A stretch of 64,000 nucleotides of DNA, from assembly GCA_023818965.1 (NCBI GenBank), contig JAMWCD010000008.1, positions 47,086 through 111,085 on the forward strand, given 5' to 3'. The DNA comes from Candidatus Omnitrophota bacterium (GTDB taxonomy: Bacteria; Ratteibacteria; UBA8468; B48-G9; DTJG01). This document shows, piece after piece, positions 9,666-18,674 of this stretch. The position numbers and the translations under genes were made by a program. The notes under the pieces are model-generated. The model saw only the letters and a list, made by a program, of their open reading frames with translations. It had not been told where the DNA came from and made no database searches. Within the stretch, counting starts at the first letter, position 1; each line of letters opens with the position of its first letter.

Positions 9666-10138
9666 AAATTTCAATGTTTGTGATGATGATATTTATTTTT
9701 CTTTCAGGTTGTGTCTCAACTCAGGAGAAAAAAGTTGGTCCAGTTGTGCAGCCAGAAAAAAGCCAATCAAAAAACTTGGAAGTTAAAACAATGATTACCA
9801 CAGCCACAAGATTTTTACCTGAGTTCTGTCAACCAGGTGAAACAATTAAAGTGAAAATTGATATTGTGCCATTAAAACAAACCAATGGTGTTATTGTAAC
9901 TGAAAAAATCCCTGAGGGCTGGAAAATTGTAAAGGCAGAACCTGTAATTTCAAAAGTGATGCCTGATGGTTCATACAAATGGCTTCAATGGGGACAGGAA
10001 GTTACTCCATTTACAATTATCTATGAAGTAAAAGTCCCTGAAACAGCAAAAGGAAAGTATAATTTTGAAGGCACAATCACGACATATCGCGAAGGAGATA
10101 TTGAAATTATTGGTGCAAACTGTATCACAGTGAAATGA
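9653..10138 (+). CDS. lipoprotein with DUF11-like domain
   Basis: Lipobox 'FLSGC'. 'EKIPEGWKIVKAEP...YKWLQWG...IIYEVKVPETAKGKYNFEGTI'. Confidence 0.75.
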   Translation: MERIKISMFVMMIFIFLSGCVSTQEKKVGPVVQPEKSQSKNLEVKTMITTATRFLPEFCQPGETIKVKIDIVPLKQTNGVIVTEKIPEGWKIVKAEPVISKVMPDGSYKWLQWGQEVTPFTIIYEVKVPETAKGKYNFEGTITTYREGDIEIIGANCITVK

Positions 10139-10239
10139 AAAAATGTTGGCAGAAATTTCAAACAATGGCTAAACGTTTTGATAAGGAAGGCGTCAAATAT
10201 TATATGAGGGCGAATTTTTTAATAATTCGTTCTTTGAAA

Positions 10240-10530
10240 ATTCTCCCCCTTTTTAACCTCCCCTTGCATCCCCTCCTTTCAGGAGGGGAAAGAAGGGAAG
10301 TGCCAAAGGGGGACTGAGGGGGATTTAAATCCACCCCAACCCTCCTTTAGAAAAGGAGGGAGAAAATTTCCCCCTTTTTCAAATCCCTCCTCCAATTTCC
10401 CCCTTTTTTAACCTCCCATTGCATCCCCCCTCCTTGCAGGAGGGGAAACAGGGGAAGTGGCGAAGGGGGACTAAAGGGGATTGAAAAGTAGGGAGAGCAG
10501 GCGAAGGAAGAGGTACAATAAGATGATACA
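10240..10530. repeat. palindromic repeat array (F4, F1, F3)
   Basis: 'cctccccttgcatcccctcctttcaggaggggaaaga' occurs twice here. 'atccaccccaaccctcctttagaaaaggagggag' is also present. Confidence 0.8.
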
Positions 10531-10556
10531 AAAAAAATACAAAACAGGAGGAACAA

Positions 10557-13500
10557 ATGAATAAGAAGTTTTTATTTCTACTGTCATTTCTTTCAGGAAT
10601 TTTCCTGACATCCGCTGCATTTGGTGCTAAGCCGAGTCAACCTGGTGTTCTTGGGCACGCAGGAAATACCACAAGTTCTATCACCTGGATTTGGACTGAT
10701 AATTCTAATAATGAACAGGGTTTCAGGTGTTATGAATGGTACTGGGATTCAAATTTGAAAAGATACGTCAGGAGTAATAACCCTGTCTGGTCGGTTAATG
10801 CCAATATTACTTCTTACACAGAAACAGGTCTTGCACCAAATACCCAGTACAGACGAGTGATTGTTGCCTGGAATACTGATGGAGAAAGCCCACAGGCATT
10901 ATATGATTCTACCAGGAATCAATATTATTTCCGTTCTGACCCACCTGATTATCCAAAACCCGACTTTCTTGTCGCTTGTTATACCAGCATTGAGCCACCA
11001 GCAGGTCTTGAATTTGGTCCAAAAGGAGTTAATGAACTGACAGTGAGATTAAAAGACCCTGTTCCATCTAATTTGATGAGTAGTGGTTCTGTTTACGGCT
11101 ATTTCAATCCAAACGATTCAGGCTTCTGGATTGAAGATATAACAATTGGCACACATAAATCCGGTTGGTGGAAGGATAACAATGACTATGACCCATTAGG
11201 ACCGATGACAGGTTTTCCCCTTGGTGCAATAAATTGGGACAAATACCTTAAAAATGGTCCTGCCAGTTATAACTCTTCAACAGGACAATATTCTTCAAAC
11301 CACGTTTGGAAATACTGGTGTGTTGAAAACCTTGACCCTAATACTCCTTATAGTTTCAGGGCAAAGGCAAGAAATGGTGATATGGATGAAACTGCATGGT
11401 GTCCGCCGAGTCAGGAAGTATGGACTTTACCAAAGAGACCCCTTATTTCTTGCGACCAGGAAATTAATAAGTGTTATGACCCTGGTACAAAATTTACTTT
11501 TACAAGTTTAATCCCATTTGGAATTGGTTCTGTTGACCACTATCATATTAAATGGACAACAGACCAAACAGCAAACCCTTCTGAAGAAGACACAAAGTGG
11601 GGGACAGGTCTCTGGATTATTACTGAAAACCGGCTTTCTGATTTTTATCTTGTTATAAAATCTCATAATTATCAGCACGAAGAAACAATAACCTATGACA
11701 TTGATGGTTCTACGGTTCTCGGTTTTACCTATGTTGTAAACAGGACAACAGGAGCCACGCGCACGGATTATAACTATCCGGTTCGCAATGAAAATATTGT
11801 TACTATAGGTCCATTCAAAATTGGTTATGAAGTAGAAGGAAAAGTAACAATCAGTGGTGGAACTGGTTCATATACTGATGTTGTTGTTCATTGTGGTGGT
11901 TACACAACAAAATGCGATTCCGAAGGCAAATATAAATTTAAGAACTTACCACCTGGTACCTATGACCTGTATCCTGAACTACCTGGTTATAGAATTGCCT
12001 GGCCTGTTGATAATGCAGGGCACTATTCAGTAAAGGTTGGACCTGCCGCCACAGGTAAGGACTTTACTCTTGCTTACAAAAACACCTATACCATTGCAGG
12101 AAAAGTAACTCTTGTTGGTGGCTCTGGTGATGTAAAAGGTGTTACAATCACCTGCGGAAGTTATACCCCTGTTCATCCTGATGCAAATGGTAATTTCTAC
12201 ATTCCTGGTGTTTTTGCAGGAACATATAAATTAAAGGCAACATTTTCAGATGCGGATTATACTTTAACTTTCCCTGCCAATGGAGAATACACTGTTTCTG
12301 TTGGTCCTGATGCCACAGGTAAGGATTTTGTTTTCACATATACTGCAGGTGTTGATGTTGCGAAAATTTCAGGAACAGTAAAACTTATTGGTGGCTCAGG
12401 AGACCCAACAAAAGCAACTGTTTACTGTAAAAATTTAACAACAAACATTACTGGTACGACTGCTCCTAAGAACACAGGTTCTTATTCCTTCAAAGACCTT
12501 CTAAAAACCAATTCTTATGAACTCTGGGTTAAAATGGATGGCTACAAAACAACATTACCTGTTTCAGGTAAATACAGGATAGATAACCTTCAAACAGATA
12601 CACAACTGGATTTTGAAATGACCCCTATTTCCTATTACAGCATTAGCGGAAAGGTTCAAGTTTCTGAAGGGGTCATCACACCACCTGATACAAAGGTTCA
12701 CTGCGATTGTCTCACAGATACAAGCATTGCCTTTGCTCTTAATCCTGACAATGATGGTACATACAATTTTAGCAGTGTCCCTGAAGGTAGTTACAGGGTC
12801 TGGCTTGAAATTCCATCCGGCTATAAAATCACAAATCCTGCTTCAATCAAATATGAGCCAATTGTTGTTGGTCCTGATGCAAGCGGCAAAGATTTTCTTG
12901 TTGAACCAATAGCGAAATATTCTCTTTCAGGAAAAGTTACCCTTTTCGGTGGTACCTGCACTCCACGTGAGGCACTTGTTGTCTGCAGTTATTACAACAG
13001 CATAAAAAAGGAATACATTACTTTTACCACTGTTCCTGATGCTAATGGCAATTACAAATTTATCAATCTTGTACCAGCCAGTTACACTGTTTCAGTAAGT
13101 TTAACAGGTTATAATCCTGTATCTCCAGCAAAAGGTTATTATACAGTCACAATTGTCAACATGGATATTACAGGAAAGGACTTTTATCTTGCGAGTTATG
13201 CCATTAAAGGAACAGTGACAATTGCAACCCCGGGTCCTGAAAAAATAACAGATGTCACAATTATTTGTTCAGCCACAAGTAATAATCCTGATATTCCGAA
13301 TGTTTATGTTGTTACACATCCTGATTCTAATGGAAACTATGCTTTCTATAATCTTGTTCCCTCAGCAAAACTTGCAAATCCTGCTGGTGGAAATCCAGTA
13401 CCTTACAGGGTTGAAGTAAAACTTGCTGGCTATGGCTGTATTTCTCCGGCAAGCGGTTATTATGATGTAACAATCACGAACAAAGATGAGATAAGAAATT

Positions 13501-16277
13501 TCATCCTTGCAACATACTCAATTTCAGGAAAAATTTCCCTTTATTCAGGTTCAGCTGATTTAACAAAGGCAACTGTTACTGCTGCAAAACTTGATAAACA
13601 GGGTGGAAATGAGATTGACTGGATTGTTGTTAATCCTGATGCCAATGGAAATTACAAGTTTGATAGAATTGTTCCAGGGAGTTATTACAGAGTCAGGGTA
13701 AAACTGGATGGATTTTATTCTATAAGACCAAATGAACAGGGTTCAAACTGGGGTTATGAACGTTACATCCCTCCATCACAAACAAATCTTGATTTTATTA
13801 TGATGCCAACAACGGCAACTGCGCCGACCTACACAATTTCAGGAAGGGTTACTGTCAATGGAGGAACAATAACACCTGACAAAGTAATGGTTCATTGCGG
13901 GGACTTAAAGACATACCCGAATTCCCTTGGTGACTATTATTTCAAAAATCTGAATTTAGGAACATATGATGTTTGGGTTGAACGACTTGGTTATAAAACA
14001 ATCAATCCAGCAACAAATGGTGGTCATTACTATGTCACAGTTGATGGTTCTGTTCCTGAAATAACAGGGAAGGATTTTACTATTATTCCTGAACCAGTTC
14101 CCACTTATAAAATCAGTGGGACTGTGACACTTGTTGGTGGAAGTGGCAAAATTACAGATGTTACTGTTCATTGCAACACTCTCACTGCAACACCTGATAA
14201 TCAGGGGAAATACGAGTTTAAAAATCTTCCAGCAGGCAGTTATGAACTCTGGGTAGAACTTGAAAAATACGAGACATCAAATCCAGGTGGTTCTGGAAGA
14301 CAAACAGTAAAACTTTATGACAGGGATATTGCAGGTGTTGATTTTACATTGAAGGCAATCCCAACATATTCAATTTCAGGCACAGTCACAATCACTGATG
14401 GCGATGTTACACAGGTCAGCATCATTTGTAGTTCAGGTGCCACAGTTCATCCTGATATTTACGGAAGATACAGAATAGATGAACTTCTTGCAGGTAATTA
14501 CACTGTGCATGCTGAAATGCCAGGATTTATTGTGATAAAACCCACAAACAATCTTTACAGTGTAAAACTTGGTCCAAATGCAGACAAATGTGATTTTACT
14601 CTTGTTAAATATTACACAATTTCAGGAAGAATAACACTTAGTGGTGGAACAGGCGATGTCAGGAATGTTGTTGTTAAATGTGGAACGAGTACCTTGAAGG
14701 CAACCCCGGTTGTTTATGTGACCGCCACTGGCGACAAATACCACAGGGGCAACTGTTCCTACTTATGGGGCAGCAAAATCGAGAAGACGCTCGAAGAGGC
14801 TATCAGTGAGGGCTATACACCGTGTTCTGTCTGCAAGCCGTTAACCATTGACGAGGGTAAGTATGAATTCACCTATCTTCTTCCTGGAATTTATGATGTC
14901 TCTGCAACCCTTGATGGCTATGCTGTTGATAATCCTGCTTCTGGTTCATACAAAATTACCCTTGGTCCTGATGCAAACCTGACAAACTTCAATTTCATTG
15001 CAACAACATTACTCTCTGTCTCAGGAAAAGTAACAATTATGAATGGACCAGGGCAGATGAGTGATGTTAGTGTTTCAATTGCAGGGCTTACAACAAAACC
15101 GGATGCAAATGGAAACTATACAATTTCAGGAATTTCACCAGGAACCTATGATTTAACAGCACAACTTACTGATTACACAGTTGTTGCTCCATCAGCAGGC
15201 AAACACAGAATTACATTCACCAGAAGCAACCTGACAAATTATAACTTTTCTCTTTATGCTTATTCTGTTTCTGGTAAAGTAAAAATCATTGGTAATGCAG
15301 ATGTAGCAAATGTTGTTATTTCCTGTGGAGGTAAAACAACACATCCTGATGCCAGTGGAAACTATCAGATAATACCTCTTGCACCTGGTAATTATGAAGT
15401 TTTAGCAACATTAACAAACTATTCCACTGTCTTACCATCAGGAGACGGAAAATATAAAGTGACCCTTGGTCCTGATGCAACAAACAAAAACTTTACCTTA
15501 GCGACTTACTCAATTTCAGGAAATGTTTCATTCTATGCGGCAACTGGAAATGTTACAAATGTTGTTATTACTTTGAATGGTCCTGTGAACAGGACAACAA
15601 CTCCTGATTCAAAGGGGAATTATCAATTTACAGAAGTTCCTGGCGGTGTATATGAATTAACTGCAAATTTATCAGGATATACTGTTATCAGTCCATCAGG
15701 TGGAAAATACAATCTTACATTAAATTCCAATCTCACAGGTAAAAACTTTGTCCTGACAACATATTCTGTATCCGGGAAAATCAATCTTGCTGGAAGTCCA
15801 GTGCCAGTGACAAATGTAACAGTAACACTGACTGGTCCCACAGGAACAATTAACACTTCTCCTGATGAAAAAGGGTATTACAATTTTTCCACTTTGCCAG
15901 CAGGCGAATATACAGTGAGTGCTTCACTTTCCAACCACACTGTTGTTTCTCCTTCCAATGGCTCATTCACATTTAAGATACCACCATCAGGCACAGGAAA
16001 AGATTTTTCCATTGTTGCCTACTCAATTTCAGGTTCAGTAAGTGTTTATGATGCCAGTGGACCAGCAGGAACAATTGTTTACTGTCAGGGACCAATCGGT
16101 ACTCAACAGATTACAGTTGATGCCACAGGCAAATTTAAATTTTATCCACTTCCACGAGGCAACTATAGATTATGGGCTGAAAAACCTGGTTATAAAGTAA
16201 CATATCCATCTGACGGAGAATATAATTTCACGCTGGATAGCTGGGCAACAAGAAACTTTGTTTTGAAATTAAAATAA
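10557..16277 (+). CDS. giant secreted protein (1906 aa): N-terminal FN3-like region followed by about 19 tandem CarboxypepD_reg/Big-like beta-sandwich repeats
   Basis: Signal peptide, and SD 'caggagg' upstream. The unit 'Y[ST]ISG[KT]VT..GG.G....V.V.C.......PD.NGNY.F.NL.PG.Y.[LV]...L.GY' recurs about every 90 aa. One unit carries a Cys/His insertion (see findings). Confidence 0.85.
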   Translation: MNKKFLFLLSFLSGIFLTSAAFGAKPSQPGVLGHAGNTTSSITWIWTDNSNNEQGFRCYEWYWDSNLKRYVRSNNPVWSVNANITSYTETGLAPNTQYRRVIVAWNTDGESPQALYDSTRNQYYFRSDPPDYPKPDFLVACYTSIEPPAGLEFGPKGVNELTVRLKDPVPSNLMSSGSVYGYFNPNDSGFWIEDITIGTHKSGWWKDNNDYDPLGPMTGFPLGAINWDKYLKNGPASYNSSTGQYSSNHVWKYWCVENLDPNTPYSFRAKARNGDMDETAWCPPSQEVWTLPKRPLISCDQEINKCYDPGTKFTFTSLIPFGIGSVDHYHIKWTTDQTANPSEEDTKWGTGLWIITENRLSDFYLVIKSHNYQHEETITYDIDGSTVLGFTYVVNRTTGATRTDYNYPVRNENIVTIGPFKIGYEVEGKVTISGGTGSYTDVVVHCGGYTTKCDSEGKYKFKNLPPGTYDLYPELPGYRIAWPVDNAGHYSVKVGPAATGKDFTLAYKNTYTIAGKVTLVGGSGDVKGVTITCGSYTPVHPDANGNFYIPGVFAGTYKLKATFSDADYTLTFPANGEYTVSVGPDATGKDFVFTYTAGVDVAKISGTVKLIGGSGDPTKATVYCKNLTTNITGTTAPKNTGSYSFKDLLKTNSYELWVKMDGYKTTLPVSGKYRIDNLQTDTQLDFEMTPISYYSISGKVQVSEGVITPPDTKVHCDCLTDTSIAFALNPDNDGTYNFSSVPEGSYRVWLEIPSGYKITNPASIKYEPIVVGPDASGKDFLVEPIAKYSLSGKVTLFGGTCTPREALVVCSYYNSIKKEYITFTTVPDANGNYKFINLVPASYTVSVSLTGYNPVSPAKGYYTVTIVNMDITGKDFYLASYAIKGTVTIATPGPEKITDVTIICSATSNNPDIPNVYVVTHPDSNGNYAFYNLVPSAKLANPAGGNPVPYRVEVKLAGYGCISPASGYYDVTITNKDEIRNFILATYSISGKISLYSGSADLTKATVTAAKLDKQGGNEIDWIVVNPDANGNYKFDRIVPGSYYRVRVKLDGFYSIRPNEQGSNWGYERYIPPSQTNLDFIMMPTTATAPTYTISGRVTVNGGTITPDKVMVHCGDLKTYPNSLGDYYFKNLNLGTYDVWVERLGYKTINPATNGGHYYVTVDGSVPEITGKDFTIIPEPVPTYKISGTVTLVGGSGKITDVTVHCNTLTATPDNQGKYEFKNLPAGSYELWVELEKYETSNPGGSGRQTVKLYDRDIAGVDFTLKAIPTYSISGTVTITDGDVTQVSIICSSGATVHPDIYGRYRIDELLAGNYTVHAEMPGFIVIKPTNNLYSVKLGPNADKCDFTLVKYYTISGRITLSGGTGDVRNVVVKCGTSTLKATPVVYVTATGDKYHRGNCSYLWGSKIEKTLEEAISEGYTPCSVCKPLTIDEGKYEFTYLLPGIYDVSATLDGYAVDNPASGSYKITLGPDANLTNFNFIATTLLSVSGKVTIMNGPGQMSDVSVSIAGLTTKPDANGNYTISGISPGTYDLTAQLTDYTVVAPSAGKHRITFTRSNLTNYNFSLYAYSVSGKVKIIGNADVANVVISCGGKTTHPDASGNYQIIPLAPGNYEVLATLTNYSTVLPSGDGKYKVTLGPDATNKNFTLATYSISGNVSFYAATGNVTNVVITLNGPVNRTTTPDSKGNYQFTEVPGGVYELTANLSGYTVISPSGGKYNLTLNSNLTGKNFVLTTYSVSGKINLAGSPVPVTNVTVTLTGPTGTINTSPDEKGYYNFSTLPAGEYTVSASLSNHTVVSPSNGSFTFKIPPSGTGKDFSIVAYSISGSVSVYDASGPAGTIVYCQGPIGTQQITVDATGKFKFYPLPRGNYRLWAEKPGYKVTYPSDGEYNFTLDSWATRNFVLKLK

Positions 16278-16670
16278 ACCGGCTCTTTGACATTTATTGA
16301 TAGTTTCCCCCTTTTTCAACCTTCGCTCGTCTCCCCCTTTTGCAAAGGGGGACTAAGGGGGATTTAAGGTAGTTTCTCCCTTTTCCAAAGGGAGATGCAA
16401 GAGGGATTTTTATTTTTATGAAGAATCCACCCCCACCCTCCTTTAAAAAAGGAGTGAGAGAAAATTTCCCCCTTTAATAAATCCCTCCTCCGTCCTCCCC
16501 CTTTTTCAAAGGGGGACGAAGGGGGATTTTAAATGAGGGGGATTTAAGGTAGTTTCTCCCTTTTTTAAAGGGAGATGAAAGAGGGATTTTTATCCCCAGG
16601 GAAAATCCACCCCAACCCTCCTTTTTCAAAGGAGGGAGACCAGGAGGAAGCGAGGGGAGGTAGTACAGGA
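16278..16670. repeat. palindromic repeat array (F1, F2, F3, repeated twice over)
   Basis: Two successive F1-F2-F3 blocks. The ORF-track start of the next gene at 16575 lies inside this array. Confidence 0.8.
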
Positions 16671-16712
16671 TATGAAGTTCAGAAATTCATGATTTTACAG
16701 GAGACACCCAAT

Positions 16713-17447
16713 ATGAATTTACCAAAACCTAAAAGTGCATTCACACTTATTGAACTTCTCGTGGTCATAGCAATTATCGCGATTCTTGCTGCCATGCTAC
16801 TGCCCGCGCTATCAAAAGCAAGAGCAAGGGCTCATCAGGCAGTTTGCATGAGCAATCTCAAGCAACTCGGAAACTGCTTTTTTATGTACGCTGATGACTG
16901 GGATGGCTTTTTTCCTAAGGATGCAACAATGTCCAATGTCTGGTTTACACAGATTGCTCTTTACATCCCGCAGACAAGAACCGGCTTTGTTGCGTACAGC
17001 AGTATGTATGACCCAACAGAAGACAACTGGGTTTCAGGAATTTTGAGATGCCCTGCAGAGCCAAAGAGTTCTGCGTTCTGGAATGTTGACTGGAGCGGTA
17101 TGGAGCCAGCAGTGAACAAGGTTGCGACATGGTATGGAATGAATGGTTATCTCTGTGGAACAAGTTCAGACCCTGATTTAAGATACTGGCCCAAACTCTC
17201 AAGAATTAGAAATCCTTCAGCCACGTTTTTACTTTGCGATATGAAACCAGGACCACAACTTGATAATTCTGATTACTACGCAAGAATCAATTTCAATCAT
17301 CCTGAAATGGGCATTGCTTACAGGCACTCTGGTTCAGCCAGTTTCCTTTTTTGTGACGGACATGTAGAAGCAAGAACAAAACAGCAGGTTCCTGTGTGGT
17401 ATTCAGGAACAACTGATCCATTCTGGTTCAGTGGCCAAACGCAATAA
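16713..17447 (+). CDS. prepilin-type N-terminal cleavage/methylation domain protein with C-terminal H-X9-DG (DUF1559-like) motif
   Basis: '[31 protein letters not shown]' is a class III signal peptide and pilin helix. The C-terminus '[24 protein letters not shown]' has the spacing of the H-X9-DG family that is expanded in Planctomycetes and Verrucomicrobia. Start set at ATG 16713; the 16575 start would read through repeats. Confidence 0.75.
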   Translation: MNLPKPKSAFTLIELLVVIAIIAILAAMLLPALSKARARAHQAVCMSNLKQLGNCFFMYADDWDGFFPKDATMSNVWFTQIALYIPQTRTGFVAYSSMYDPTEDNWVSGILRCPAEPKSSAFWNVDWSGMEPAVNKVATWYGMNGYLCGTSSDPDLRYWPKLSRIRNPSATFLLCDMKPGPQLDNSDYYARINFNHPEMGIAYRHSGSASFLFCDGHVEARTKQQVPVWYSGTTDPFWFSGQTQ

Positions 17448-17660
17448 TCTTGTCTTCCCCCTTTCCCAAATTCCTCCCCATCCTCCCCCTTTTTCAAAGG
17501 GGGACTGAGGGGGATTCAAAGTAGTTTCTCCCTTTTCCAACCTCCCTCTCGTCTTCCCCCTTTTCCAAAGGGGGACTAAAGGGGGATTTCATCTTTTAAA
17601 TCCACCCCCACCCTCCTTTTTCAAAGGAGGGAGAGCAGGAGGGGAAAAGAGGGGAGGTAG
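17448..17660. repeat. palindromic repeat array (F1 twice, F3)
   Basis: 'tcctccccctttttcaaagggggactgagggggattcaaa' and 'ccacccccaccctcctttttcaaaggagggagagcagg'. Confidence 0.8.
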
Positions 17661-17707
17661 CAATGTAGATTTTCTCAATCCCTTGATTTTCGCGGTTTCC
17701 GGGGCTC

Positions 17708-17735
17708 TTGACAAAATTAAAAATGTGGTTATAAT
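17708..17735 (+). promoter_or_regulatory. sigma70-type promoter (TTGACA-16-TATAAT), first of a tandem pair
   Basis: 'cTTGACAaaattaaaaatgtggtTATAATaa'. Confidence 0.45.
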
Positions 17736-17766
17736 AATTTGTGAAAATGAAAAATCTGGGCAGGTC

Positions 17767-17794
17767 TTGACAAAAAAAATTTAGCAGGTATAAT
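17767..17794 (+). promoter_or_regulatory. sigma70-type promoter (TTGACA-16-TATAAT), second of the tandem pair, reading toward the 149-bp element
   Basis: 'cTTGACAaaaaaaatttagcaggTATAATaa'. There is no convincing CDS downstream before 18675. Confidence 0.45.
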
Positions 17795-17992
17795 AAAGTT
17801 GAAGTAAAAATTTTGACAACACCAAAAAGGTGAAAATATAAAGTAAATGCAGGACAAGATTTACCCAAATTCCGTTCATAATCAGTCGCACCAATACCAC
17901 TCGAGGTATCAAAAAAGGTGTCTTGCTTTTTCATTTTTCAGGAAATTCCATTTTACATTTTCAACGCAGGTTCTTTGAAAATTTGGGTTGTT

Positions 17993-18141
17993 ATACTAAT
18001 TTGCCGTCAAAATTGTAGGAATACCGAATTGAGTTCGCCAGAGAGCAAGGCGGCAAGGAGAAGGCAACGAGGCATACTGAAGTATGTTGAGGAAGCCGAC
18101 GACGCAGCCAACGATGCTATATGGATGAAATCAATTCGGTA
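17993..18141 (+). repeat. 149-bp two-copy element (copy 2), candidate sRNA or MITE-like
   Basis: About 98% identical to 7199-7347, with the same terminal 11-bp inverted repeat. It lies about 200 nt downstream of the tandem promoters. Confidence 0.6.
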
Positions 18142-18189
18142 ATAATATTTTATCCTGTGTTTTTACTCCTTTGAACCTGGAATTCTCTT

Positions 18190-18480
18190 TTCCAAATTTT
18201 TCGCCTTTCATAAAATCCACCCCAACTCTCCAAATCCCCCTTCCATTCCCCCTTTTGTAAATTCCTCCTCCAATTCCCCCTTTTCCAAAGGGGGACTAAA
18301 GGGGGATTTAAGCAGTTTCTCCCTTTTCCAAAGGGAGATGAAAGAGGGATTTTTATCCCCAGGGAAAATCCACCCCAACCCTCCTTTAGAAAAGGAGGGA
18401 GAAGAATATAATTTCCCCCTTTTCCAAAGGGGGACTAAAGGGGGATTAAAAAGGAGGGGAGCAAGGGGGATTAGAAAGGA
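18190..18480. repeat. palindromic repeat array (F1, F2, F3, F1)
   Basis: 'ttcccccttttccaaagggggactaaagggggatttaagcagtttctcccttttccaaagggagatgaaagagggattttt...ccaccccaaccctcctttagaaaaggagggag'. Confidence 0.8.
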
Positions 18481-18674
18481 GAAAAAGGGAGAAGGAAGAT
18501 GGTAGTTAAAGGAGGTGATGTCGCAGGATAAAATTTCAAACTCCAAAAAAATAATGCGAAAAGGAGGTGATGACGAAAAAATACAACATTGTAATTATGA
18601 GCAGTATCAGCAGTACAAGGCAGTAGGTAGTTTGCAGGTAAAAAGTTTTTGCTTGCAAAACGCAAGGAGGTAAA

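Noticed and set aside
10135-10317. 60-aa ORF following the 9653..10138 gene
   Set aside because: It overlaps the stop of the upstream gene and runs into repeat array R4. No domain content.
16575-16712. N-terminal 46-codon extension of the pilin-like gene at ORF-track start 16575
   Set aside because: The extension lies inside repeat units F2/F3. The class III signal peptide begins at M47 (16713), with a plausible SD upstream.
17596-18142. ORFs 17596..17934(-) and 17918..18142(+)
   Set aside because: The first spans an AT-rich promoter region and a repeat unit. The second is generated by the 149-bp repeated element, and its other copy at 7199-7347 lacks an equivalent ORF of 60 aa or more. No SD for either.
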